Of a stretch of 30,056 nt of DNA, positions 8,841-16,950 are shown piece after piece; position 1 is the stretch's first letter, and each line of letters opens with the position of its first letter. The stretch is taken from IMG/VR virus record IMGVR_UViG_3300037785_000025, positions 1 through 30,056 of that record; one strand, 5' to 3'. The stretch comes from a virus. Taxonomy: Duplodnaviria > Caudoviricetes. The notes beneath the pieces are model-generated. The model was not told the DNA's origin. It saw nothing but the letters and a program-made list of their open reading frames with translations, and did not search any database. A program made the translations under genes and the position numbers.

Positions 8841-9434
8841 TTATAGTTTGCCCATCAGAGTATCCAGGCGGCCCTCATTACGGGCCTGGAGGATTTCTGC
8901 GGGTGACATGTTGGAAAGCTCATCTCTACTGCGGATTTGAGCCTTTGATGGATTCTTGCCACGGTTGCCCTGCCCTAAATCAGGTGCTGGGGTTTCCGTA
9001 GTGTTGCTGTGCGCTTCTACCCATGACTGAATAGCCTCTGAGTCAATGTTGCCGTCATCCTGAATGAATGAGGACTTGTCAAATGAAAGCAAAGCTCCAG
9101 CATCCAATACCTTGCCAGATAGCTGGGATTTGAGCTCAGCATCAACCAATTTACTAGCGAACTCCCTGCGAACACTGAGAGCGGTTTCCTGTTTGGTCTG
9201 CTCTATCAGTTTCTCAGTATCGGTTAGCTGAGACTGTTTGATTTCCTCTAGCTCTTTAGCGGCGGCCAGGTTGGCTTTAGCTTGCTGTTCATTTTTGCGG
9301 CTCAGTGACTTCCATTTGTCAACCTCTGCCTGTAGCTTGTCCGTTTCGGACAGCTCTGGGGTCTCAGTATCTACCACATCTGTGGTGTCCTCTGTAACCT
9401 CTGTGTTTTCAATCTGGTCTGTAGAATCAGCCAT
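8841..9434 (-). CDS. Capsid scaffolding protein
   Basis: Acidic N-terminus, coiled coil, KWKSLSRKNE motif, directly before the capsid gene; start MADST at 9434 with a GGAG RBS. Confidence 0.85.
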   Translation of the reverse strand: MADSTDQIENTEVTEDTTDVVDTETPELSETDKLQAEVDKWKSLSRKNEQQAKANLAAAKELEEIKQSQLTDTEKLIEQTKQETALSVRREFASKLVDAELKSQLSGKVLDAGALLSFDKSSFIQDDGNIDSEAIQSWVEAHSNTTETPAPDLGQGNRGKNPSKAQIRSRDELSNMSPAEILQARNEGRLDTLMGKL

Positions 9435-9436
9435 TA

Positions 9437-9452
9437 TTGTCTCCATTTCGGA
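9437..9452 (-). repeat. 16-bp repeat TCCGAAATGGAGACAA over the scaffold RBS (copy 1)
   Basis: Exact match to 13950-13965. Confidence 0.85.
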
Positions 9453-9497
9453 TAGGGGTGTTGCGCTCTTTGCGAGCTAATCAGCTTTTGCTGAAAT

Positions 9498-10298
9498 CTA
9501 AATTGCGCCAGGACCAGTGAAGTTCTGGTCTGCCACGGTAAGCATTGGGCCAAGTTCGCCGTGCTCTCTGATGGCTATCTGCCTATAGTCTGGCTCTCTG
9601 GCTCCAGGGTCTGAGATGCCAAACCTTTGCTCTACAGCCTCATGAGTTGCATTTAGCCTTACTTCATCTATGACTTGGCCTGGGTCTTGGTTGCCATAAA
9701 TTGGCATCTCGCCACAGTCACAGCCAGGGTGAATTGGCATCAGGTCTCCCCTTGTGTAGCGCTGTGTGCTTGCTACATAACAAAGGGCACAGTTCTCAGC
9801 TCCAGTAAGCGTTCTGGCATAGCCCACAATTCTGTCATTGCGAGACCTGGCTTGAAACCCAGCATTGCGCCTAGCTAGCTGAATGTCAGTTGATGCTATG
9901 GAGCTAATTCTTTGAGCACCTGCATTGATAGCCTGAGTCACCTGTTTGCCCTCACTGAGAGCTGTATAGACATCTACAAATGGCCGCCTATAAACCTCTG
10001 TTGCCTGAGCTCCATTTCTTAGAGCCTCCACGGAAAAGTCCTGTGGCCGTAGGTCTGGAGCGGTGAAACGCTCACCAGAGATTTCAGCCATCTGTTTGTA
10101 GAAAGCCACCTGCAACCTGGCCGCTTGTAAGCTGGCCCCGCTTAGAGTCTGGCTAATGACTTGCAAGAACTGTTCAAAGTCAGAATCTCTCCATGAGCCT
10201 AAACCAATAAATAGGTCTGATGCCCTTTGCCCAGTGCCTCTCACTAGCCTTGCACTTAGAGCGTTGTAAGCATCTAACAGCTCTCTCTTAGTGGCCAT
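9498..10298 (-). CDS. Minor head / capsid maturation protein (MuF-like position)
   Basis: 266 aa between portal and scaffold; GYARTL, CALC and HPGCDC motifs of the actinophage 'capsid maturation protease' family. Confidence 0.7.
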   Translation of the reverse strand: MATKRELLDAYNALSARLVRGTGQRASDLFIGLGSWRDSDFEQFLQVISQTLSGASLQAARLQVAFYKQMAEISGERFTAPDLRPQDFSVEALRNGAQATEVYRRPFVDVYTALSEGKQVTQAINAGAQRISSIASTDIQLARRNAGFQARSRNDRIVGYARTLTGAENCALCYVASTQRYTRGDLMPIHPGCDCGEMPIYGNQDPGQVIDEVRLNATHEAVEQRFGISDPGAREPDYRQIAIREHGELGPMLTVADQNFTGPGAI

Positions 10299-11830
10299 TA
10301 CTGAGCCTCAGATTGTGTCTTTTCTACCTCAGCATCCAACAGTGGATTTGGCTTTAGGGTAACTGGCATTGCATCTACAAAGTCAACGCCCTCATCTAGG
10401 CCAACCAATCTGGCGGCATCATCAGGTGTTACACCAGCACGGATAAAGGCTCCAAGCGCCTCAGCCTGCCCTCTAAGGTCTGTAGTTGGTGCGGCCTGAG
10501 CTTCGCCCTCACCTGGCTGTCCACCAATGAGAGCCTCTGTAAGAATCTGCTCTCCAGCTCTCTCAACTTGCATCTCTGCAATCTCAGCTGGGCTGAACTG
10601 ACCTATGAGCTTCATTCTGCTATTGAATGGTAGGTCCTGGAACTTGGTGTTGGCATCTGCCCGCTCTGAGAGGCTGTAGCGCTCAGCTGGCTTCCACAGT
10701 GGCTCCAGGTCAAGTAGTGTGGCCCGCTCTGTGTCACCCATCCACTTGAACATCAGGGACATAACCTTGGACCAGCCAACAGTTGCCCTGGCAATGCGGT
10801 CCTCAGTCTTGAACACTAGGCCCTCACGGGCGAGCGCTGCTCCCTCTGCGCTTTGATTAGCGCCATCTGGGGAAAGGTAGTGCATAGGCGTTCTGGTGAC
10901 AGCCGCAAAGTCTTGGATGTCAGCACGGACAGCATTGATGATGTCCTGGATGCCAGACTGGTCTAGTTCGCCCAGCTCAGCATCTGGTGGCAGAATCCAC
11001 ATTGAACCAGGGGCTCCCTGGAAAAGACCGTTGTAGTCAATCTCATTGCCGTCAGGGTCATGTGTTGGGAAGTCACCCTTGACATACTTTTGCTTGAAAG
11101 CCTGAGTGGTAGCAATGATTAGGCGCTGTAGAATCATGTGGTTGATTCTGTCAATGATGTCCAAGTAAGGCTCATACTCACCGTGGCCATCAGCGTTGGT
11201 GAACTTGACCACTGGCACTTCACCTAGTGGGTTAGGTGCGCTGGCTTCCTCATCAAACATCCAGCCATCAGTGTCATAGGGGCTGGTGTCTCCAGGCTTT
11301 CTAAATACCAGGATTTCATCTGAGTAGTAGTAATAAGCATGGTGCTGGCCGTATTCGCTCCAGACCTTGACTGCCGCTAGGACATCACTTGGGTCCTCTG
11401 GGCTTACCTCACAATAAACCTGGCGTGGGTCCTCAACAGTGACCAATGGGTATTCACGGCCTTGCTTCATGCCCACAATGGCATAGGCGTGGCCAAACTT
11501 TAGAAAGTTGGTGTGTAGGTCTGCGCTGTAAACATCTAGGTGGTTTGCTTTCCAGAGGCGGCGAGCTTCATCATCACCATTTTCATCATCTGCAGCTCCA
11601 GTGCGGAAACCGCCAATCCTCATTCTCTCACGCACAGCGGCAACAGAAAGCTGAGCCATGTTTAGGCGTGACTTTTTCTGAAACTTCCTGTAGGCCCTGG
11701 ACTGACCCTCTGCTCCCTCTGGTAGTGGGGCATCACCATCATAGTAGCGCTCTAGTAGGTTGTAGTGCGCTTGCTCTTTGGCTAGGGCTTTGAGCATGCT
11801 CATTTGTGAGCTATTGAGCTGGGTAGCCAT
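10298..11830 (-). CDS. Portal protein (SPP1 gp6-like)
   Basis: 510 aa after terL; ERYYDG, NPLGEVPVVKF, IIDRIN and FAAVTRTP..ANQSAEG motifs. Confidence 0.92.
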   Translation of the reverse strand: MATQLNSSQMSMLKALAKEQAHYNLLERYYDGDAPLPEGAEGQSRAYRKFQKKSRLNMAQLSVAAVRERMRIGGFRTGAADDENGDDEARRLWKANHLDVYSADLHTNFLKFGHAYAIVGMKQGREYPLVTVEDPRQVYCEVSPEDPSDVLAAVKVWSEYGQHHAYYYYSDEILVFRKPGDTSPYDTDGWMFDEEASAPNPLGEVPVVKFTNADGHGEYEPYLDIIDRINHMILQRLIIATTQAFKQKYVKGDFPTHDPDGNEIDYNGLFQGAPGSMWILPPDAELGELDQSGIQDIINAVRADIQDFAAVTRTPMHYLSPDGANQSAEGAALAREGLVFKTEDRIARATVGWSKVMSLMFKWMGDTERATLLDLEPLWKPAERYSLSERADANTKFQDLPFNSRMKLIGQFSPAEIAEMQVERAGEQILTEALIGGQPGEGEAQAAPTTDLRGQAEALGAFIRAGVTPDDAARLVGLDEGVDFVDAMPVTLKPNPLLDAEVEKTQSEAQ

Positions 11831-11838
11831 TCAAATTC

Positions 11839-13497
11839 CTATCTTATGCGGCGGGGCACAAATGTTGTCTTGGTGGCCTCTCCCTTTGAGAGGGCCTGTA
11901 GTCTTGCCTGGTAGGCCAGGACCGCCGCAACTGCGGCATCAATCTTATTGGGTGACTCTGGGTGCTCTTTTGCAATACTAACGCCTGAGCGGCCAATACG
12001 GCGGCGGGCGTTGAGCACATGTCTTGACAGTGCGAGCCCCTCAAATGTGAGCTCTTTGTCTAGGACAGCGTTCTGGAATTGCTCCAAGGCTCTGACAACC
12101 AAGTAGCTTCTATTTCCAGTCATCCACCATTCAATGGGGTGCTGTTGGGTTGACTTGACTTTTAGCTTTTTGCCAAAGTCAGCTTCCCACTGGGCTATGT
12201 AGCTTTCCCACTTTGCTGGGTCAGCAAACATGCCCACTACATTGTAGGTCTCAAAGGCCTGTCTAACCTGGTAGTCCACCTCAGTGATTGGGACTTCCCA
12301 TCCCTCACCTGCGGGACCATCTGGCTGTTCCCAGACCTTGATTTCAAATAAATGGCCGTCAGCGACCCTACAGCCAATCAAGGCCGTGGCATCTGTTACG
12401 CCTCTGGTTCGTTTCCTGGAGCCATCAAAGCCCAGGGTTATCTCATCACCCTTAGCCACCTCTTTTGTAGCGGCACATGCCATCCACTCAGGTGAGCTGA
12501 CCCAGGCATCTTTGGAAGATGTGGGCTGGTTGAAATAGTAGCGGCGTGAATCCTGCGGGTCATTGCGTGGGTCGTAAAATTCCGCTATAAGGCGTTCAAT
12601 GTCCATGACCTGGGCAAAGGGACCATAGGCCTCTCTAAGGCCGCCACGGACCGCCTCAGGGTCCGTGAGGTCTATGTCTGGGTCTGCCTCCCTGTGGTCA
12701 AACAGGGTGCGTTGGATTTTAGCTTTGCCCTCACGGATTAGCTTGGCCAAATCGTGAGTTTCCTCTGCTACAGATTTTTCACCTGGCAGATACATGGTGC
12801 TGGTCTCCAGTGACCAGGGCTCTGCGGCTTTACGCTTTGCCAGGTTACGCCTCACGGTGTCATACATCCGTTTGAGTTCCCTGGTTGTATAAAGGTGGGT
12901 CTCATCAAAGACCACAAAAGTTTCCTTGCCGCCATCCTTGGAGCTGTTGCTGGCGGTGCTTGGAATAATCTCGCCGCCGCCAGGTAGAAAGATTCTGGTC
13001 AATCCAGCGGCATCTCTAGGGAGCCCGTTGCCTAGTGGCCCCTCTGTAAGGTTGAAATAAACATTGTCATAGGTGTTTCCAGCCTGACCTTCCTCTGTGG
13101 CCAGACAGCGAATCACGGGAGCTGTGATGGGCTTACCTAGCGGCTCTCCAGCCTGGTAGGTGTAAGTGAAACCCTCACGCTCATAGGTCTCCCCGCCCTG
13201 TGCCCAGCCATCAAACCTTGCTGGCCCCATTGCCTCAAACAAAGTTATGAATCCTGCTAGCTCACTTTTAGCACGGCCCTTGGCACGGCTAATAAAGGCT
13301 GAGTCATAGTTACGGCGGCCTGATTCCTCTAGGGCGTAACAGTCAAGAATAAATGCGGCGAATTCCTCATCTAGCTCCACGGGCTGACCCTGGACATCTC
13401 CAGGACCGTGAACACAGAATGTCTCAATCCACCAAATAGCTAACCAGCCCAGTGACCTGTTTCTGTCATGGGTGCTTGCTTTGACCTGCTCACGCAT
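11839..13497 (-). CDS. terL: Terminase large subunit
   Basis: 552 aa; Walker A-like RAKGRAKS, Walker B VVFDETH, nuclease motifs GFDGS and KIDAAVA. Confidence 0.95.
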   Translation of the reverse strand: MREQVKASTHDRNRSLGWLAIWWIETFCVHGPGDVQGQPVELDEEFAAFILDCYALEESGRRNYDSAFISRAKGRAKSELAGFITLFEAMGPARFDGWAQGGETYEREGFTYTYQAGEPLGKPITAPVIRCLATEEGQAGNTYDNVYFNLTEGPLGNGLPRDAAGLTRIFLPGGGEIIPSTASNSSKDGGKETFVVFDETHLYTTRELKRMYDTVRRNLAKRKAAEPWSLETSTMYLPGEKSVAEETHDLAKLIREGKAKIQRTLFDHREADPDIDLTDPEAVRGGLREAYGPFAQVMDIERLIAEFYDPRNDPQDSRRYYFNQPTSSKDAWVSSPEWMACAATKEVAKGDEITLGFDGSRKRTRGVTDATALIGCRVADGHLFEIKVWEQPDGPAGEGWEVPITEVDYQVRQAFETYNVVGMFADPAKWESYIAQWEADFGKKLKVKSTQQHPIEWWMTGNRSYLVVRALEQFQNAVLDKELTFEGLALSRHVLNARRRIGRSGVSIAKEHPESPNKIDAAVAAVLAYQARLQALSKGEATKTTFVPRRIR

Positions 13498-13948
13498 CCA
13501 ACAGTTTCTGGCGGCGCTCGCTAAAGTTTGCCACCACTGCTATCTCTGGAGCATCTGGCTCTGGGTCTATGTATCGGATTCTCAGGTCACGGCGGGCATC
13601 CACCGTTGTTCCCATAATCTTTTCCCGCATCCTGAGCTCTGCCATGGCTGTTGTCTTGCCATGTGCGGCATCAGCATGGACCATAGCCGTGTCCACCGCA
13701 AACATCCAGTCTGACTTTGACCACAATACACAGTGCGGCATAGTGCTGACAGCCTGCCACCAATCCAAGGTGCGCTTTTCTAGCGGCCATTCCTGGAGCT
13801 CACCTTTAGGGTTCATCACCTGTCGGGATGTTGGGAGCTCTGGCCTGTCCCCGTCATAGGGCACATTTACTACCTCAGTCCAGTCAACAGTGGGCTTGTG
13901 CCTGGTTACTGTTGGCCTGTCTGCGGGCTTTCTGCCTGCCATTGCCAT
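13490..13948 (-). CDS. terS: Terminase small subunit
   Basis: 152 aa overlapping the terL start; GRKP N-terminus, WW..MPH..W..DW and AELRMREKIMGTT.DARRDLRI motifs. Confidence 0.85.
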   Translation of the reverse strand: MAMAGRKPADRPTVTRHKPTVDWTEVVNVPYDGDRPELPTSRQVMNPKGELQEWPLEKRTLDWWQAVSTMPHCVLWSKSDWMFAVDTAMVHADAAHGKTTAMAELRMREKIMGTTVDARRDLRIRYIDPEPDAPEIAVVANFSERRQKLLDA

Positions 13949-13949
13949 G

Positions 13950-13965
13950 TTGTCTCCATTTCGGA
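13950..13965 (-). repeat. 16-bp repeat TCCGAAATGGAGACAA over the terS RBS (copy 2)
   Basis: Exact match to 9437-9452. Confidence 0.85.
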
Positions 13966-13968
13966 CTG

Positions 13969-14532
13969 TTAGCTTTTCGCTAATAAGTGGGATAAGTCTA
14001 AGTGTGCAAAGCTAGAGCGCTGTAGCGCCTTGCCTGTCACCGTCAGATAACGGCCATTGGGGTAAATCTCAACGCTAAGGCCGTTACGGCTAAAGCGCCT
14101 GCCCTTTTCCAGGGCGGCATAACCCCAAATGTGTAGGCCCGTGCCGCTGGGGCTGACCTCTATGTAGGTCTCTGGTAGTGAGTCAATCACTGACTGTGCC
14201 TCAGGGCTTGGCCTGCCATCAAAGCAATGGTCTAGGTCAATGCACACAATCCCGTCACCGTTGAGAACAAAGCCCAGTCCATCTCCAGCCGTTGCGGCCA
14301 GTGCGGTCTGGTAGTCACTCCAGGTAGCGGGGTTTGTAGAACTGGCTGGTTGGCCTGTCACTGTGATGGGCACTTTGCGGCTATGCCTAATCCAGCGGGG
14401 CAACTGCCTCAGCTCTATTGGGATGTGGTGTCCACGGTGAGATTTGACTCTACACCTGGTCCCACAAAACTTGGGTTTGCGGCCACGGCTACCAGGGTGA
14501 ACCTGGCTACCACAGACCTGACACTTATACAT
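13969..14532 (-). CDS. Zn-finger plus prim-pol (archaeo-eukaryotic primase superfamily) catalytic-domain protein
   Basis: 187 aa; CQVC..FCGTRC finger; AEP motifs CIDLD, EVSPSGTGLH and EIY...RYLTVTG; no C-terminal helical or helicase domain. Confidence 0.85.
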   Translation of the reverse strand: MYKCQVCGSQVHPGSRGRKPKFCGTRCRVKSHRGHHIPIELRQLPRWIRHSRKVPITVTGQPASSTNPATWSDYQTALAATAGDGLGFVLNGDGIVCIDLDHCFDGRPSPEAQSVIDSLPETYIEVSPSGTGLHIWGYAALEKGRRFSRNGLSVEIYPNGRYLTVTGKALQRSSFAHLDLSHLLAKS

Positions 14533-14538
14533 GTGCCT

Positions 14539-14567
14539 AGTTTATCGTTACATCTGCCTGGGGGCAA
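14539..14567 (-). promoter_or_regulatory. Leaderless sigma70-type promoter for the prim-pol gene
   Basis: TTGCCC-17-TAAACT-6-ATG; no SD before the ATG. Confidence 0.55.
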
Positions 14568-14582
14568 GGTGCAACATCTATC

Positions 14583-14845
14583 TGACAGCCCCGTATTTGC
14601 GGGGGTCAAAGGTCTCTATTTTGCACACAGAAATAACCACAGCACCTCTCCGCTCTTGGAGGGGGGCGGGGGGAGGGGTTGCCCCCCAGGTCAAATGCTG
14701 TCTGAACCCCAGCCGTGTCACACCCTCTAGTTCCTGGCTCTGTGGGAGCTCTGGGATACCGCCTGTTTTTTGGGCGGGGGGATAACGGGGGACTATCGGG
14801 GGGATAAGAGGGGGGCAGGGACCCCCAGGGATACCCCAGGGTGTT
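14583..14845. other. Non-coding G/C-tract region, putative cos/packaging site
   Basis: Largest intergenic gap, downstream of HNH and upstream of the terminase genes; inverted repeat at 14583-14608, G-runs at 14658-14678, four G5-6 tracts at 14776-14815, CCCCAGGG twice. Confidence 0.55.
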
Positions 14846-15177
14846 TAGTTATCTGTATCTATGATGCCTGGATGTTTCTCTTTAGGTCTGCGCTCAGTCC
14901 TGTAGGTGCGGGCGGCCCTTGCTTCTTGCTGTGTCTTTTGCTTGTGATGCCAGGGGCATAACAGCTGTAGGTTGGGGAGGTCATTGCCTCCACCCTGGGC
15001 CACATTGATTATGTGGTCAACATCTGTTCCTGGAAAGCCACAGCGCTGGGGGTTACCTGGGGAGGCAGAGGTGGGGGGGGTGTATTCACACTGTCCCATT
15101 GCTCTCTGTATTACTGCCTGCCTTAGCTTGCCCCAACCAGGGGGGTCTTTTCTGCGGCGGCTTGACTCCCAAGGCAT
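14845..15177 (-). CDS. HNH endonuclease (terminase-associated, HK97 gp74-like)
   Basis: 110 aa; DVDHI...NLQLLCPWHHKQKT; adjacent to the packaging module. Confidence 0.9.
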   Translation of the reverse strand: MPWESSRRRKDPPGWGKLRQAVIQRAMGQCEYTPPTSASPGNPQRCGFPGTDVDHIINVAQGGGNDLPNLQLLCPWHHKQKTQQEARAARTYRTERRPKEKHPGIIDTDN

Positions 15178-16328
15178 CAGAGGACCTTGACCTCACCCTG
15201 GAACTCCACGCCCTTGGTCAGTGGGATTACCACTAGCCCAGTGTCTGAGTCATGCCCAGCGTTCAGTCTGAACCAGGAACTGCCAGCATCTAATGTCTTG
15301 GCCTGGACCCAGTAACGGCTAGTTCCACGCTCTGTGTTGCCATGTTCCTGGACCCTGAGGTGATGAAAGTGACCGCTAAGAAATAGTGTTGCGGCAGACA
15401 CTGGCTGGTTGCCTAGCATCTGTCCCTCAATCCACTTGGGGATTCCCTCTGGGCGGTTAGCCTGGTGGCCGTGGAATAGTCCTATGCGGTGGAAGTTGTC
15501 ACCAAAGACATCATGCACCAGGGACTCATCCCACTGTGCGGGCTCATAAAACTTGACTGGTAGCCCAACCTCACCACTGAGGCGGGCCAATGTCCTGCCA
15601 ATGTGAACACCCCAGTCATCTAGGCCTGTGCCTACTTTTTGTTTGTTTACACGCCACTGACAGTGGTTTGAACCAACGGTCAGATAGGCAATGTCATCAC
15701 AGTGCGCTGAGAGGGCTTTGAGAGTGTCCCAAATCATGGTTGTAGCCAGGTCAATCTGGCCCTGGATACTGAGCTGGTTAGTGGCGAGCTGTTGACTGTC
15801 CTGCGCTGAGGTGAATCCCTCAATGAGGTCCCCGACATCTGCGAACACGCAACGGGTTGGTTTCTCACGCTTTACCAGGTCAATCAATCTGTCCCTGGTT
15901 GCGTTCACTCGCTCTATGAGCTCTTTGACTCCACCCCTGCTATCTGCCTTACCTATCTGTAGGTCTGACCAAGCAATTACTAGGGCTTTGTCTTTGTTTG
16001 TTTTTGTTGGCGGCTTGGGTGCTTTGGCTTTCTTTGCCTGGGCATAAAGTAGTGGGAGGTTTAGCGCCTCCCCCTCATTCACCCTAAAGACCAGTTTGTA
16101 GGCCGTTCTCCAAGACCCGTCATAAACCTGCCAACGGCTGATTCTTGGTGGTGCTGTGAGCTCTACCCTGTCAGGGTCTAGTCCAGCATCCCTAAGAAAT
16201 TCTGAATAGTCCTGGCCCTCTACTAGACCAGGTGTTACTGCCTCACCAGTGGAGCCGTCAATGATAACTGAGGGCGTTCCAAAGGGGCTGTTCTCTATCT
16301 TTTTAGCCGTGTTCAGGTTTTCTAGCAT
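15177..16328 (-). CDS. Calcineurin-like metallophosphoesterase (Mre11/SbcD-like)
   Basis: 383 aa; SDLQIGK, GDLIEG, GSNH, FHGH and GHFHH metal-binding motifs. Confidence 0.85.
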   Translation of the reverse strand: MLENLNTAKKIENSPFGTPSVIIDGSTGEAVTPGLVEGQDYSEFLRDAGLDPDRVELTAPPRISRWQVYDGSWRTAYKLVFRVNEGEALNLPLLYAQAKKAKAPKPPTKTNKDKALVIAWSDLQIGKADSRGGVKELIERVNATRDRLIDLVKREKPTRCVFADVGDLIEGFTSAQDSQQLATNQLSIQGQIDLATTMIWDTLKALSAHCDDIAYLTVGSNHCQWRVNKQKVGTGLDDWGVHIGRTLARLSGEVGLPVKFYEPAQWDESLVHDVFGDNFHRIGLFHGHQANRPEGIPKWIEGQMLGNQPVSAATLFLSGHFHHLRVQEHGNTERGTSRYWVQAKTLDAGSSWFRLNAGHDSDTGLVVIPLTKGVEFQGEVKVL

Positions 16329-16561
16329 CAGTCATCCTTAGCACATGCACACAGCTGATTGCGGTGCTTTGTAATTGTGGTGTCAGCCAAGGTCAGTCCA
16401 CGCTCTCTGAGGGCTTTCTGTAATGTCTTGGCTGGCCAACTACGGTAGTCAGCTATGGCCTGGTCCAGAATTTCCTGGTCTGCCTGGTCTAGCTCAGCTA
16501 ATACCTGGCTAACACGGCAATAATAAACTTTGTTTGGTGGCGGCTTTAGTCCCTCTAACAT
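16328..16561 (-). CDS. Small Cys/His protein coupled to the phosphoesterase
   Basis: Start MLEGLKPP at 16561 with a GGGGAG RBS; C..., HRNQLCAC; stop overlaps the next start. Confidence 0.75.
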   Translation of the reverse strand: MLEGLKPPPNKVYYCRVSQVLAELDQADQEILDQAIADYRSWPAKTLQKALRERGLTLADTTITKHRNQLCACAKDD

Positions 16562-16565
16562 TGTA

Positions 16566-16769
16566 TCACTCCCCCTGTGCAAGGTTTGAAAGGTTTTTCT
16601 TGGGTCTCCCAATGCGCTTGCTCATGGTGGCTTCCACCTTGAATAGCTCATCAGAATCTATGTAGCGGCTGGTGCGGCTAAGTGCTCCCCACTCAATCCA
16701 GTTGTAGATAGTGCGCCTGGAGCGTTTCGCCAGGTAGGCGGCTTCATTGATAGTTAGTGGCTTACCCAT
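16566..16769 (-). CDS. Helix-turn-helix DNA-binding protein (Xis/MerR-like)
   Basis: LTINEAAYLAKRSRRTIYNWIEWG; C-terminal IGRPKK. Confidence 0.8.
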   Translation of the reverse strand: MGKPLTINEAAYLAKRSRRTIYNWIEWGALSRTSRYIDSDELFKVEATMSKRIGRPKKNLSNLAQGE

Positions 16770-16950
16770 TTGTCTCTTTCTTGTCGTTGCTGTAGAAACC
16801 TGAGCCCTTGAATTGGACTTTCATAAAGTCATAAACCCTGGTCATGGTAGTGCCACACTTTAGGCACTCTGGGACCTTGACTTCGCTCATGCTGTGGTTC
16901 ACGCTCACTGTCTGTGAACACTCTTTGCACCTGTATTCATAAGTGGGCAT
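16762..16950 (-). CDS. FmdB-family zinc-ribbon protein
   Basis: MPTYEYRCKEC..H..CLKCG..FKGSGFYSND, 62 aa; true start at 16950. Confidence 0.88.
   Translation of the reverse strand: MPTYEYRCKECSQTVSVNHSMSEVKVPECLKCGTTMTRVYDFMKVQFKGSGFYSNDKKETNG

Noticed and set aside
16566-16769. Excisionase implying an integrating prophage
   Set aside because: No integrase or att site in an apparently complete genome; a generic HTH call is safer
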